DNA of 64,000 nucleotides from Vulcanimicrobiota bacterium (GCA_963695225.1 OY968762.1:1024001-1088000), one strand, 5' to 3'; positions 32,110 to 43,041 are shown, counted from the stretch's first letter. Notes: generated by a model from the sequence alone, not told the origin. Numbers and translations: made by a program.

Positions 32110-33150
32110 CTAGACGATGACGGCGGGGCCGCGCGTAAGATCCGGCGCGGCGCCCGCGTGCTCCTCGACCCAGTGACACGCGGCGTAGTGCGAGCTCGCA
32201 TAGGGCACGAACGCCGGGATTTCGACCTTGCAGCGATCGAACGCAATCGGGCAGCGCGTGTGAAAGCGGCAGCCCGACGGGGGATTCACGGGCGAGGGAA
32301 TGTCTCCCGAGAGGATGATCCGCTTGCGGCGAGCTTCGATCGACGGGTCCGGAATCGGAATCGCCGAGAGCAGCGCTTGCGTGTACGGGTGGAGCGGACG
32401 CTCGTAGAGGTCGCTCCGGTCCGCGATCTCGACGATCTTGCCGACGTACATGACGGCGACGCGCGTCGAGATGTGCCGGACGACCGAGAGGTCGTGCGCG
32501 ATGAAGAGGTACGTCAGGCCGAACTGCTGCTGCAGATCCTGGAGCAGGTTGATGACCTGCGCCTGGATCGAAACGTCGAGCGCGGAAACGGGCTCGTCGG
32601 CGACGATGAACTTCGGATCGACCGCGAGCGCGCGCGCGATTCCGACGCGCTGGCGCTGCCCGCCGGAGAACTCGTGCGGGTAGCGGTTCGCATGGTACGG
32701 TTGCAGCCCGACGAGCCGGAGCAACTCCTGCGTACGCGCCTCCGCCGCCTTTCCGGTCGCGATCCCGTGGATCTGGAGCGGCTCTCCGATGATGTCGCCG
32801 ACCGTCATGCGCGGGTTGAGCGAGGCGTACGGATCCTGGAAGATGATCTGCATCTCTTTGCGGAGCTTGCGAAGATCTTCACGCCCGAGGCCGAGGATGC
32901 TCCGCCCCTCGAAGAGGACGTCGCCCGACGTCGCCTCGAGCAAACGCAGCACGACGCGGCCCGCCGTCGTCTTCCCCGAGCCGGATTCTCCGACGAGTCC
33001 GAGCGTCTCCCCGCGTTTGATCGCGAAATCGATGCCGTCGACGGCCTTGACGTCGCCGACGTGCCTCGAGAAGACGCCGGCGCGAATCGGAAAGTACTTG
33101 TGCAGGTCGCGGACTTCGACGAGCGGCGCCTGCGTGCCGGGCTCCGTCAC
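32110..33150 (-). CDS. oppF: Oligopeptide/dipeptide ABC transporter ATPase (OppF/DppF)
   Basis: [48 protein letters not shown]. The GTG start overlaps the oppD stop. Confidence 0.92.
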   Translation of the reverse strand: MTEPGTQAPLVEVRDLHKYFPIRAGVFSRHVGDVKAVDGIDFAIKRGETLGLVGESGSGKTTAGRVVLRLLEATSGDVLFEGRSILGLGREDLRKLRKEMQIIFQDPYASLNPRMTVGDIIGEPLQIHGIATGKAAEARTQELLRLVGLQPYHANRYPHEFSGGQRQRVGIARALAVDPKFIVADEPVSALDVSIQAQVINLLQDLQQQFGLTYLFIAHDLSVVRHISTRVAVMYVGKIVEIADRSDLYERPLHPYTQALLSAIPIPDPSIEARRKRIILSGDIPSPVNPPSGCRFHTRCPIAFDRCKVEIPAFVPYASSHYAACHWVEEHAGAAPDLTRGPAVIV

Positions 33151-34187
33151 GGTGCGAGCGCCGTCGGTGCGGTCGTGCGCTGCGGGGCCGATGCGACCGC
33201 GAGCGTCCGCTCGCTCGCCGTCCGCTCGTCGTAGAGGAAGCACCGGGCGACGTGCCCGTCGCCGAAATCGTATTCGGGCACGGGCTGGTCGCAGATCGGC
33301 ATCCGGTACTTGCAGCGCGGAGCGAAGGCGCAGCCGGGCGGCAGGCGCAACAGATTCGGCGGCTGTCCGTCGATCGGCACGAGCCGGTTACGCCCCGTTT
33401 CGTCGACCCGCGGAAGGGAGGCGAGGAGGCCCATCGTGTACGGATGCCGCGGGGTCGCGAAGATCTGCTGGGCGGTCCCGAACTCGACCATGCTCCCCGC
33501 GTACATCACGAGCACGTTCTTGCACGTTTCCGCGACGACGCCGAGATCGTGCGTGATCAGGATGATCGCGGACCCCGTACGGCGTTGCATCTCGTTCATC
33601 AGCTCGATGATCTGGGCTTGGATCGTCACGTCGAGGGCCGTCGTCGGCTCGTCGGCGATCAGGACGGCGGGATCGCACGAGAGCGCCATCGCGATCATCA
33701 CCCGCTGCCGCATCCCGCCCGAGAACTGGTGCGGATAATCGCGGACGCGCTTCTCGGCCGAAGGAATGCGCACGAGGCGCAACATGTCGATCGTCTTCTC
33801 CAGCGCCTCCTTCTTCGGCATCGCCAGGTGAAGTTGGATCGCTTCCATGATCTGGTCGCCGATCGTGAGGACCGGGTTCAGCGAGGTCATCGGATCCTGG
33901 AAGATCATCGCGACGTCCTTGCCGCGAATCTTGCGCATGTCGGCCTCGCTCTTGGCGAGCAGGTTCTCGCCGCGCAGCTTGATCGTCCCGCCCTCGATTC
34001 GCCCGGGGGGAACGGGGATCAGGCGCATGATCGAGAGCGCGTTGACGGACTTACCCGAGCCCGATTCTCCCACGATCCCGAGCGTCGCCCCACCTTCGAC
34101 GGAGTACGAAAGACCGTTGACGGCCCGAACGGGCCCGTCGTCGGTCTTGAAGCTCACGCGCAGATTGTCGACCTCGAGCAACGCCAC
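33147..34187 (-). CDS. oppD: Oligopeptide/dipeptide ABC transporter ATPase (OppD/DppD)
   Basis: [42 protein letters not shown]. Confidence 0.92.
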   Translation of the reverse strand: MALLEVDNLRVSFKTDDGPVRAVNGLSYSVEGGATLGIVGESGSGKSVNALSIMRLIPVPPGRIEGGTIKLRGENLLAKSEADMRKIRGKDVAMIFQDPMTSLNPVLTIGDQIMEAIQLHLAMPKKEALEKTIDMLRLVRIPSAEKRVRDYPHQFSGGMRQRVMIAMALSCDPAVLIADEPTTALDVTIQAQIIELMNEMQRRTGSAIILITHDLGVVAETCKNVLVMYAGSMVEFGTAQQIFATPRHPYTMGLLASLPRVDETGRNRLVPIDGQPPNLLRLPPGCAFAPRCKYRMPICDQPVPEYDFGDGHVARCFLYDERTASERTLAVASAPQRTTAPTALAP

Positions 34188-34193
34188 CGGCGG

Positions 34194-34640
34194 CTAGATA
34201 CCCGAGAGGGAAACGATCGTCGCGAGGACCACGAACGCGATCGCCACGAACGACGTCAGGCGCGCGAGCTGCTGATCGAATCCCATCCGCGGACGATACG
34301 CCGACTCCACCCGGCCGCCGAGCGTCCCGCTGAGCCCCTCTTGCTTCGTCGTTTGGATCGCGAGCAGCACGATCAGGCCGAGTGCCGAGAGCACGAACAG
34401 CGTTGCGAACGCGTGCGTCACCCAAGGATAGTTCAACGCGAGCGGCGTCTTCGTCAACGTCGAGAACTGGAAGTTCTGGACGTTGGCGGGCAGCGGCGCG
34501 GGCGTGAGCGCGGCAGCCGGCGGGGTCGGCAAGCCGGCGACGGGCACCGCTTGACCGAGCACGGGGAAAAGGAACGACGGCAGCGAGATCACGATCGAGG
34601 AGACTCCAAGGAAAGAGAAACGGCCTGCAAACCGCACCAT
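34194..34640 (-). CDS. secG: Preprotein translocase subunit SecG, with an apparent N-terminal extension
   Basis: C-terminal ~75 aa: [17 protein letters not shown]...LARLT-TM. Start uncertain. Confidence 0.8.
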   Translation of the reverse strand: MVRFAGRFSFLGVSSIVISLPSFLFPVLGQAVPVAGLPTPPAAALTPAPLPANVQNFQFSTLTKTPLALNYPWVTHAFATLFVLSALGLIVLLAIQTTKQEGLSGTLGGRVESAYRPRMGFDQQLARLTSFVAIAFVVLATIVSLSGI

Positions 34641-34674
34641 TTTGGGGATTCCGGCGGCTGGTCCCTTTCGCCGC

Positions 34675-36630
34675 TTACCGCACCGATGCCGCTTCGACCG
34701 CCCGCAGGCGCGCCGCGACGTGCTCCCCGGTCAGCCCGAAGAGGGCCCGCTGCTTGGCCTGGGAGTTGTGCTGCACGAGGACGCCGGGGATGCCGAGGCG
34801 CTCGATGTGGACCTCGAGCCCGCGGTCCGTCGCGAACTCCGCGACCGCGGCTCCGAAGCCGCCGGCGAGAGAGTGCTCTTCCAGCGTCACGAAACGAGAG
34901 TGCGTTTGCGCTAGTTCCAGGAGCAGCTTCTCGTCGAGCGGCTTCGCGAAGCGCATGTTCACCACGGTCGGCAAATCCGCTCGAGGCGTGCGCGGGTGCC
35001 CGTTTTGGGGCACGCCGAGCGCGGCGGCGGGGGCCCCGATCGCGGCGTCTCCCGCGGCGAGCAGCGCGTAGGCGTCAAGTGCGGCATCGACCGTGTTCCC
35101 GAGCGCTAGGAGCGCGACGCCTCTGCCGCGGCGCAACACCTCGGCGCGCCCCTGCTCGACGGGCGCAAGCGCGTCGACGTGCGTGCCGCTCGAATTCCCC
35201 CTAGGATAGCGGATCGCGACCGGCCCGTCGAGCGAGATCGCGTGCTGCAACATCGGCAGCACCTCGCTTTCGTTACGCGGGGCCATGATCGTCATGTTCG
35301 GCAACGTGCGCAGGTAGGCGATGTCGTACAGCCCCATGTGCGTCGGCCCGTCGTCTCCTGCGACGCCGGCGCGGTCGAGGCAGAAGACGACCGGCAGATT
35401 CTGGATGACGACGTCGTGGACGATCTGATCGTACGCGCGTTGCATGAACGTCGAGTAGATCGCGCAGACCGGCTTCAATCCGCCGGCCGCCGCACCCGCG
35501 GCGAAGCAAACCGCGTGCGCCTCAGCAATCCCGACGTCGAAATAGCGCTCCGGGAACTTCCGTGCGAACCCGGAAAGGCCCGTGCCGTCCGGCATCGCCG
35601 CCGTGATGCCGATGATGCGCTTGTCGTATTCGGCGAGTTGCGTGAGCGCGCTCCCAAACGCCGCGGAGAACGTCGGACGGGAGTCCTTCTTCTCGATCTT
35701 CCCTTCGTCGGGCGAGTATGCGTTCGCGCCGACGCCGTGGAACGTGCGGGCATCGGTCTCGGCGGGCGTGAAGCCCTTCCCCTTGATCGTGCGCACGTGG
35801 AGCAGCACGGGCCCCTGGATCTTGCGCGCGTTCGAGACGACGTCGCAGAGGACGTCGTAATCGTGACCGTCGATCGGCCCCAGATAGCGGAACCCCATCT
35901 CCTCGAAGATGACGGCAGCCTTTTCGTCCGGATACCAGAAACGCATCGTCGCGACCTCGGCGGTCGAGAGCGCCTTGAGCGCGCGGTCGCCGAAGGGGAT
36001 CGCGCCGAGGATGTCCTTCGTCTTCGAACGGGCGAAATTGAACAGCGGCTTCGAGCGCAGCACGCCGAGATGGGAGGCGATCGACCCGACGTTCGGCGCG
36101 ATCGACATCGCGTTGTCGTTGAGGATCACGATGAAGTTCGATTTCAGCTCGCCGGCGTTGTTGAGCGCTTCGTAGGCGAGGCCGCCCGTCAGGGCGCCGT
36201 CCCCGAGCACCGCGACGATCGTCTCGCTCGTGCCGGCCAAGTCGCGCGCGGTCGCAAGGCCGAGCGCGGCCGAGACCGACGTCGAAGCGTGCCCCGCTCC
36301 GAAACAATCGTAGACGGATTCGCTTCGCATCGCGAAGCCCGAGATGCCGCCGCCCTGCCGGACCGTGTGAAAGCGGTCGCGGCGGCCGGTCACGATCTTG
36401 TGCACGTAGGCCTGGTGGCTGACGTCCCAGACGATCTTGTCCTTGGGCGCGTCCAGGACCGAATGGAGCGCCAGGGTCAACTCGACGACGCCGAGGTTCG
36501 GCGCGAGGTGCCCGCCGTTCTTGGCACAGGTCTCTACGAGGAGGTCCCGGATCTCTTTGGCGAGGACGTCGACCTCGGGGCGGGTGAGCGCCCGGAGATC
36601 GCGGGGCGACTCGATGCGCTCGACGATCAT
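34675..36630 (-). CDS. dxs: 1-deoxy-D-xylulose-5-phosphate synthase
   Basis: GGHLAPNLGVVELT, WDVSHQAYVHK, GDGALTGG...NDN, DVGIAEAHA, DGPTH. Confidence 0.97.
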   Translation of the reverse strand: MIVERIESPRDLRALTRPEVDVLAKEIRDLLVETCAKNGGHLAPNLGVVELTLALHSVLDAPKDKIVWDVSHQAYVHKIVTGRRDRFHTVRQGGGISGFAMRSESVYDCFGAGHASTSVSAALGLATARDLAGTSETIVAVLGDGALTGGLAYEALNNAGELKSNFIVILNDNAMSIAPNVGSIASHLGVLRSKPLFNFARSKTKDILGAIPFGDRALKALSTAEVATMRFWYPDEKAAVIFEEMGFRYLGPIDGHDYDVLCDVVSNARKIQGPVLLHVRTIKGKGFTPAETDARTFHGVGANAYSPDEGKIEKKDSRPTFSAAFGSALTQLAEYDKRIIGITAAMPDGTGLSGFARKFPERYFDVGIAEAHAVCFAAGAAAGGLKPVCAIYSTFMQRAYDQIVHDVVIQNLPVVFCLDRAGVAGDDGPTHMGLYDIAYLRTLPNMTIMAPRNESEVLPMLQHAISLDGPVAIRYPRGNSSGTHVDALAPVEQGRAEVLRRGRGVALLALGNTVDAALDAYALLAAGDAAIGAPAAALGVPQNGHPRTPRADLPTVVNMRFAKPLDEKLLLELAQTHSRFVTLEEHSLAGGFGAAVAEFATDRGLEVHIERLGIPGVLVQHNSQAKQRALFGLTGEHVAARLRAVEAASVR

Positions 36631-36715
36631 ACTCCTAGGTTAGACGACGCCCGGGGGGTTGACCCGCCGGAAGGACCGGCAAGGACTTTCGGCCTGCCTC
36701 TCGCATTGAGCGGTC

Positions 36716-37354
36716 GTGCTGCCGTCCCGTGAGGCCGTCCCAGCGCCCACAGGGCTGCGCCGGCGCCGCGTCCTGGTCGATATCGCGCGCATCTTCTCGA
36801 CGGTCTGCAATCCGTTCGCGACCGCGCTGGCGCTTTTCGTCATCTTGGCGCACGCCTTCGCGCACGATCTCGGCACGTTCTGGTTCCTGCTCTTCACGAG
36901 CACGTTCTTCACATCGATCGGGCCGATGCTGTTCGTCTTCCGGCTCTACTCGGCGGGGAAGATCTCCGACCTCGACATGTCGATCCGCAGCGAACGCGAG
37001 GCGGTGTTCAGCGTGTTCGTGATCTTCTATTTCCTGGGGACGATCGCGCTCGCGCTCGTCCGCGCGCCGACGATGCTCGTCGCCACGATGGCCGGCTACA
37101 CGGCGAGCGCGCTCGTCGTGCAGTTCATCACGCGCTACTGGAAGATCAGCACGCACGCGCTCGGCATCACGGCCCCGCTGACCGCGCTCGTCTATCTCTA
37201 CGGCTGGGCGCCGCTCCCGTTCCTGTCGCTGATCCCGATCGTCGGCTGGTCGCGCGTCTACCTACGCGCGCACACGCTGATGCAGGTCGTGGCGGGAACG
37301 GCGCTCGGCCTCATCTCCGTCGTGCTGTTCTTCCGTCTGTTCCGACTCCTGTAA
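36716..37354 (+). CDS. PAP2-like membrane protein
   Basis: About 6 TM segments; KISTHA and WSRVYLRAHTLMQV resemble the PAP2 C2/C3 motifs. Confidence 0.7.
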   Translation: MLPSREAVPAPTGLRRRRVLVDIARIFSTVCNPFATALALFVILAHAFAHDLGTFWFLLFTSTFFTSIGPMLFVFRLYSAGKISDLDMSIRSEREAVFSVFVIFYFLGTIALALVRAPTMLVATMAGYTASALVVQFITRYWKISTHALGITAPLTALVYLYGWAPLPFLSLIPIVGWSRVYLRAHTLMQVVAGTALGLISVVLFFRLFRLL

Positions 37355-38107
37355 CCCGCCGACGATCTGCTGCACGGCCGTCGCAAACGGCGCGAGCGGC
37401 CCGTTCGTGACGAAGCGCGTTCGCCCGCCGGCTACCGGCCCCAGCGCGAGCTTGGGAGCGCGACCGCGGGCGAATGCGACCGCGCGCGCCGCCTGTGCGA
37501 GCGAAGGGTCCAGACGCGGCAGAGCGGACCCGAACGCGGCCTCGAAGTGTTCGTCGAGCAAGGGGTAATGCGTGCATGCAAGGACGAGGACGTCGAGCGG
37601 ACGCACGAACGGCGCGCATGCCTCAAGGACGGCCGCCCGCGCGACGGGCCCCGTGAGGATGCCGGCTTCGACGAGCGGGACGAGTGCGGGCGCGCCGACT
37701 TCCTGCACCTCGGCCGCCGGGACGCGCGCGCGGATCGCCGCGCCGTACTCCCCGCTGTTTGCGGTCGCCTTCGTTCCGATCACCCCGATGCGGCGCGCGC
37801 CGAGATTCGCGACGGCCTCGGCCGCCGCGTCGATCAGATCGAGGATCGGGACGCTTGCGGGCGGCCAACCGTAGCGGCGCCCGATCGCGCACGTCGTATT
37901 GCAGCCCATCACGATCGCGTCGACGCCTTGCGCTTCGAGATACTCCACGTTACGGCGCAGCAGCCCGCGCAGTTCCTCGACACTGCGGCCGCCATACGGT
38001 ACGTGCGCCTGATCGGCGAAATAGAGCAGCGGCTCCTCGGGGAGTTCCGCGCGCACGCGGCGCAGCACGGTCAACCCGCCGAGCCCCGAATCGAAGATGC
38101 CGATCAC
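37262..38107 (-). CDS. murI: Glutamate racemase
   Basis: IGIFDSGLGGLTV, PYG, GCNT, LACTHYP. The GTG start overlaps the amidase stop. Confidence 0.95.
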   Translation of the reverse strand: MIGIFDSGLGGLTVLRRVRAELPEEPLLYFADQAHVPYGGRSVEELRGLLRRNVEYLEAQGVDAIVMGCNTTCAIGRRYGWPPASVPILDLIDAAAEAVANLGARRIGVIGTKATANSGEYGAAIRARVPAAEVQEVGAPALVPLVEAGILTGPVARAAVLEACAPFVRPLDVLVLACTHYPLLDEHFEAAFGSALPRLDPSLAQAARAVAFARGRAPKLALGPVAGGRTRFVTNGPLAPFATAVQQIVGGLQESEQTEEQHDGDEAERRSRHDLHQRVRA

Positions 38108-40161
38108 TGAGCGGCGCTCGACGTCGTCACGGGATTCCCCGCGTAATCGTCGATCCCGTCGGCGAGCGCGACGGCGACTTTCTGGCGGAATTCCGGCGTC
38201 GCGAGCCGCGCCGCGTCGGCGCGATTCGAGACGAACGCCGTTTCGACGAGGGCCGCGGGCATCGTCGCGTGCCGGTTCACGTAGAAGTTCGCGTGGCGCA
38301 CGCCGTCGTCCGTCGTCCCGAGCGAGGCGATCAGGCGCCGCTGCAGCGATCGCGCGAGCGGCGTGTCCGTCCCCTTGTAGTAGTACGTCGTCGTTCCGTT
38401 CAAACTCGAATCCGTGAAGCTGTTGATGTGGATGCTCAAGAAGAGCCGGGCCCCCGCATTGTTCGCGACGTCGCAACGCGCCTGCAATTCGTCGACGGCC
38501 GATGCGTTCGGGCCGAAAACGTCCTCGTCGGTCTCGCGCGTCATCTTCACGGTCCAGCCGCGCGCGACGAGCAGGTCCCGCAGGCGCTTGGCGATATCGA
38601 GCGTGAGCGTCTTCTCGGACAACCCGAAATGCTGCGCGCCGGGATCGCTCCCCCCGTGCCCCGGGTCGATGACGATCAGCTTCGGGTTCGGCGCGTTGTA
38701 CCCCGGCCCCCCGATCGCCCCCCCCGGGAAGGGCGGCGGTGCGGGGGCGTCGGGCGGCGTCACGGCGAGGGTCCCGCCCGGCGTGACGCGGCCGGCTCCG
38801 ACCCGCTGCGGGTCCTCGTCGTCGAGCGAATCGACCGAGATCCGGACGCCCTCGGACGTCGAGCTCAACTCGATCTTCCGGGGGCTCGAAAGCGAGAGCG
38901 AGATGCGGACGACCGGGAGCGGGTCCTTCGCGAACTGCCGGATGCGCATCGAGGTCGCCGCGGTCGTATCCTGGAGGTCCTCGTCGCGCGCCGGCATCGC
39001 GAGCGTGGCGCCCTTGAGATCGAGGTACCAGCGCTGGTCCGGGAGGCGGTGCCATTCGTACGCGACGGGCGCGCTAAGCGAAACTCGGACGTCGAGCGAG
39101 TCGCCGGCGCCGTGCGCCTCGACGGCGGTCACGGTCGCCGCTTGCGGCGGTCCGGCGTCGGCGGGGCCGATGGTCGCGGTCGCGTCCGGAGTCGGGGCGG
39201 GCGGCGCCGGCGTCGCCACGGCGCGCGCCGGGAGCGGAGCGGACGCCGCCGCGTTCGGGACGGGGGGCGGAGGCCGGCGGGCGGCATTCCCAGCCTCGGG
39301 CGCCGGGACGAAGGCGACGCCGGGGGCGGGCGGGCTCAGGGAGCTGGGAATCGGGGTCCCCGCGAGCGCCGCCCCGGGCGGCCCGAACGCGAAGGCGACT
39401 TCGTTCGGCGACTGGGCGGGCAGGAGCGTCCGGACGGCACCCGGCGGCAGTTCGAACGAGACCGTCGTCGTTGGGTTCTTCGGGTTCCCGCTTGCGAGGA
39501 CGTTGATCTCGCCGAGCCCCGGGGTGGCCACGATCCGGCTCTGTTCGAGCGACGAACCTACGCCGGAGAACGCGAGCGCAACCTGGTCGCGCACCGCGTT
39601 GAGCGCACGCGTGAAGCGAAGCGGCGTCGCGCCCCGCAGGGTCACGTACGTCGTCTTCCCTTCCACGCGCAACTCGAGGCTGCCGAGGCGCGGCTGCAGA
39701 ACGGTCTCGTTCCCAAGCTCGATCGGCTCGACGTACAGCGCCTTCGCGAGTGCGACGAACGGAACGAACGCCTCGCCGCCGCTCGCGTACGGTGCGAACG
39801 GTGCCGATGCGCCGAGGCTGCCGTTGCGAAAATGCTCGTCGCCGAGCGAAAACGCGATCGTGCGCCGGTCCGCGCTCGTCACGACGACGTAGCGCTCGCC
39901 GGATTCGTAGGAGATCGTCGCGCCGACGCGCGCCGCGAACGAACGCAGGCCGGGATCGTTCGTGCCGACCGCGAGGTCGTCGCCGCGCATCTGCGCGTGG
40001 TCGAAGATCAGGCGCGTTCCCGCGAACCAAAGATTCGACGATGCGCCGGCTGCCCGGGCGGGGACGCCTCCGAGCGTCCACGCGACGGCAAGCGCCGCGA
40101 GCGCGAGCGGCGCCGTCGTACGGCGAAGCCGGCTACCAGCTCGAGCGAGTAAGCGGCTCAT
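38104..40161 (-). CDS. Exported N-acetylmuramoyl-L-alanine amidase (Amidase_3) with AMIN-like domains and Pro-rich linkers
   Basis: IDPGHGGSDPGA, EK, SIHINS, LVETAFVSN; signal peptide. Confidence 0.92.
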   Translation of the reverse strand: MSRLLARAGSRLRRTTAPLALAALAVAWTLGGVPARAAGASSNLWFAGTRLIFDHAQMRGDDLAVGTNDPGLRSFAARVGATISYESGERYVVVTSADRRTIAFSLGDEHFRNGSLGASAPFAPYASGGEAFVPFVALAKALYVEPIELGNETVLQPRLGSLELRVEGKTTYVTLRGATPLRFTRALNAVRDQVALAFSGVGSSLEQSRIVATPGLGEINVLASGNPKNPTTTVSFELPPGAVRTLLPAQSPNEVAFAFGPPGAALAGTPIPSSLSPPAPGVAFVPAPEAGNAARRPPPPVPNAAASAPLPARAVATPAPPAPTPDATATIGPADAGPPQAATVTAVEAHGAGDSLDVRVSLSAPVAYEWHRLPDQRWYLDLKGATLAMPARDEDLQDTTAATSMRIRQFAKDPLPVVRISLSLSSPRKIELSSTSEGVRISVDSLDDEDPQRVGAGRVTPGGTLAVTPPDAPAPPPFPGGAIGGPGYNAPNPKLIVIDPGHGGSDPGAQHFGLSEKTLTLDIAKRLRDLLVARGWTVKMTRETDEDVFGPNASAVDELQARCDVANNAGARLFLSIHINSFTDSSLNGTTTYYYKGTDTPLARSLQRRLIASLGTTDDGVRHANFYVNRHATMPAALVETAFVSNRADAARLATPEFRQKVAVALADGIDDYAGNPVTTSSAAQ

Positions 40162-40642
40162 CGAGTTCAAGGTGACCTCCCGGCAGCGTGGCCACGCGCG
40201 TTCCGTCGATCCTGATCCGTACCGACGTGATCGGCGGTAATGCGGTGAGTGTCCAGACGAGTGCTTTGAACTCCCCGATTTCGGCGAAGCTGCCGCCGGG
40301 GTTGCTCGCGACCGCGCCGCCGAGGTCGACGACCGCCGTCGACTCGAGGACGCTCACGCCGCGCACGGTCGTACCTTGCGGAAACCGGACTGCGGGCGCG
40401 CCTTCCGGCGGGCCCGCAACCGCGTGCGTCGCCGCCAAGAACGCGAGGCTCTTGATGTCGCGCGCGCTTCCCGCCGCGACGGGCCACGCGGCGAGCGTCT
40501 GCCCATCCGGTTTGCAATAGTAGATCGTCAGGCGTCCGCCCGTTGCCGGCGCCGGGTGCGGCCGATCGATCGCGAAGCGATAGAACAGCAGCCCAAGTGC
40601 AAAAGCGGCCACGAGCGCGATTCCCGCGCGCAGCACTCTCAT
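40133..40642 (-). CDS. GerMN domain protein
   Basis: N-terminal TM; GP...FPQGT..., AVVDL, GGSFAE...LVWTLT...VRIRIDG...GH. Adjacent to the amidase and murI. Confidence 0.85.
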   Translation of the reverse strand: MRVLRAGIALVAAFALGLLFYRFAIDRPHPAPATGGRLTIYYCKPDGQTLAAWPVAAGSARDIKSLAFLAATHAVAGPPEGAPAVRFPQGTTVRGVSVLESTAVVDLGGAVASNPGGSFAEIGEFKALVWTLTALPPITSVRIRIDGTRVATLPGGHLELDEPLTRSSW

Positions 40643-40704
40643 TGCTTGCGACGTTCGCGCGGCGCGCGGGCGCGGCCTCCCTCGCGCGCGCGCCTTGCGC
40701 GAGC

Positions 40705-41964
40705 TCACGCGGGTCGAGCCGCCGCGCGCGGAGCGAACCGCACGCCGATGAACAACACCATCAGAGCCGCCACGATGCACAACCCTCCCGAGATGTAGAA
40801 CGCGGCATCGTACGAGCTCGTCGCAGTGCGAATCGATCCGGCGAGATACGCGATCGCGCCCGCTCCAAGTTGGTGCGAGGCGGAGATCCAGCCGAACGTG
40901 ATCGCCGCGCGCTCGCGCCCGAACGCATCGGTCGCGAGCTTGAGCGTCGGCGGAACGGTTGCGATCCAGTCGAGGCCGTAGAAGACGGCGAACGCAGGCA
41001 AGCCGAGCGCGCCGATGCCGAACGCCTGCGGTAAGAAAAAGAGCGAGCATCCGCGCAGCCCGTAATAGGCGAACAAGAGGTACCGCGAATTGAAGCGGTC
41101 GGAGAGCCAGCCCGAGGCCGTCGTCCCGACCAGATCGAAAACGCCCATCGCGGCGAGCAGCCCCGCGGCGCGAATCTCGGGGATCCCGTGATCGCCGCAG
41201 GCGGGGACGAGATGTGTCCCGATCAATCCGTTCGTGCTCGCGCCGCAGATGAAAAAGCTGCCCGCCAACAGCCAGAAGTCGCGCGAGCGCATCCCGTCGG
41301 TCAGCGCGGAGAGCGCGGTCGCAAAGGGGTTCGCCGCCGGCGGCACGCGCGGCACCACCGCGCTCGCGCCGTACGGGGGAACGCCGAGATCGGCGGGCCG
41401 TTCTCGCAAACCGAAGAGGACGAGCGGGATCAACGCGACGCAGATCGCGGAGATCGTGAACGTCACCGCACGCCAGCCGGACCACGTCACCAACTGCCCG
41501 TAAAGCGGTAAGAAGACCAATTGCCCCGTCGCATTGCTCGCCGTCAAGACGCCCATCACCGTGCCCCGGTTCGTTTCGAACCAACGGTTGACGATCGTCG
41601 CACCCAACACGAGTCCGATCGAGCCGGTGCCGAGGCCCACGAAGATGCCCCACAGCAAGAAGAGCTGCCACGGTTCGCGGACGAACGCGGAGAGCGCCCA
41701 CGCGAGCGAGAGCACGAACAGCGCCCAGCACAGCGTCGCGCGCATTCCGAAGCGCTCGAACAGCGCCGCGGCGAAGGGGCCCATCAAGCCGAACAGCGCG
41801 ATGTTCACGCCGATCGCGAGCGAGATCGTCGCCGCCGACCAATGAAACTCCGTTTCGAGCGGACGAATCAACATCGTCGGCGCCGAACGCACGCCCGCAG
41901 CGCAAATCGCAAGTACGAACGCGATGGCGGCCGCGATCCAAGCCGGATGCACGTGAGGCTTCAT
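40705..41964 (-). CDS. MFS transporter
   Basis: About 12 TM segments; RWFETNRG, GWLSDRFN, YGLDWIATVPPT, HQLG. Confidence 0.92.
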   Translation of the reverse strand: MKPHVHPAWIAAAIAFVLAICAAGVRSAPTMLIRPLETEFHWSAATISLAIGVNIALFGLMGPFAAALFERFGMRATLCWALFVLSLAWALSAFVREPWQLFLLWGIFVGLGTGSIGLVLGATIVNRWFETNRGTVMGVLTASNATGQLVFLPLYGQLVTWSGWRAVTFTISAICVALIPLVLFGLRERPADLGVPPYGASAVVPRVPPAANPFATALSALTDGMRSRDFWLLAGSFFICGASTNGLIGTHLVPACGDHGIPEIRAAGLLAAMGVFDLVGTTASGWLSDRFNSRYLLFAYYGLRGCSLFFLPQAFGIGALGLPAFAVFYGLDWIATVPPTLKLATDAFGRERAAITFGWISASHQLGAGAIAYLAGSIRTATSSYDAAFYISGGLCIVAALMVLFIGVRFAPRAAARPA

Positions 41965-42033
41965 ATCGCAGGAGTATAGCCTGAAGCGAGGTACATTTAC
42001 CACCAAACGCTCGACACGCAATCTGGAGGCGTT

Positions 42034-42528
42034 GTGCGCGAGACCATCCCCTTGATCAGCTCAAGCGTGAAGGGGCCGCTCGGCATTTGTCATCTGCCGC
42101 GGCTGTGGCTCAAGATTCTGTTGCACGCGAGCGGTCGGCTCCCTGAGGGGTACCGGCACGGCGCCGGCGGCTTCGACGAGATGACGTGCGCGCATCTCGG
42201 CATCAAAGCGGCGGATCTCGTTCGCTTCATCGAGGGGCGCCGGCCCACGTATCTCGAGTGCGAAGAGTGGGTGCGCAAGAACGCGAAGAAGCTTTCCGCG
42301 GCGACGATCGAGGAACATAACGAGTCGATCTTGACGTGGGAAAAATCGGCGAACTTGGCCGCCGAACAGCGGGAAACGATCGGTATATCCGAGGGTTCCC
42401 TCGTGAACGCCGTCGCCCTCAACGACCTCGAGGATTGGACGCGCATCCATCGCGCGCTCGAGGCGCTCCGCCCGAAATTCTCGACGCGCTCTTCGATGCC
42501 GGCGCCGGCGGCGGCCGACGAGGAGTAA
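42034..42528 (+). CDS. DUF5069-like protein
   Basis: GGAGG RBS; GICHLPRLWLK...GRLPEGY...FD...LGI pattern recalled from DUF5069. Confidence 0.65.
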   Translation: MRETIPLISSSVKGPLGICHLPRLWLKILLHASGRLPEGYRHGAGGFDEMTCAHLGIKAADLVRFIEGRRPTYLECEEWVRKNAKKLSAATIEEHNESILTWEKSANLAAEQRETIGISEGSLVNAVALNDLEDWTRIHRALEALRPKFSTRSSMPAPAAADEE

Positions 42529-42531
42529 GCC

Positions 42532-43041
42532 TCAAGCTTTGCGGGGCGGGTGGAACACTGCCGCCGCAAGGTCTTGGGAGGTCTTGCTCCACTGCCAGGT
42601 TCCGCCCGACAGCCCGCCTTCGAGTTTCAATTGGTCGTACAGCACGGCCGCCCCCGGCCACGCGGGGAGCGTGAGGTCGTCGAGGCCGTGCGGCGCGCTC
42701 GCGCGCTTGACGCCGGCGCACGCAATCTTGAATTGGAACAGCACGTCCGTCGAATCCGCATTGGAACGCCCCACCGCATCGACGAACTCGTAGAGATCGT
42801 AGCGGCTCGGATCGAACGGCCCGAGATCGAACATGATTGCTGCGCGCGGATCTGCATCCGGCTCCGCGAGGGCGAGCAATTGCGCCGCGCTCAGGCTCCA
42901 CGACCCGTCGTGCGGAGCAGCGAGCCGGGGAACGTGCTTCGCGAAAATGCCGTCGCGCCCCGATAGCGCGAGTTTGCGCAGGCGGCGGAGGCGAATGCGA
43001 GCCCCTTCGAGCGGCTCGAGCGTGCAGATGATGAATCCCAT
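42532..43041 (-). CDS. Hypothetical protein, last gene of the nif run
   Basis: 169 aa, starts 21 nt after the nifV stop with a GAGAGAGG RBS. No family recognised. Confidence 0.75.
   Translation of the reverse strand: MGFIICTLEPLEGARIRLRRLRKLALSGRDGIFAKHVPRLAAPHDGSWSLSAAQLLALAEPDADPRAAIMFDLGPFDPSRYDLYEFVDAVGRSNADSTDVLFQFKIACAGVKRASAPHGLDDLTLPAWPGAAVLYDQLKLEGGLSGGTWQWSKTSQDLAAAVFHPPRKA

Noticed and set aside
37262..37354. 93-nt convergent overlap of murI and the PAP2-like gene
   Set aside because: The murI tail is non-conserved run-on sequence, which is common in GC-rich genomes. No evidence of function.
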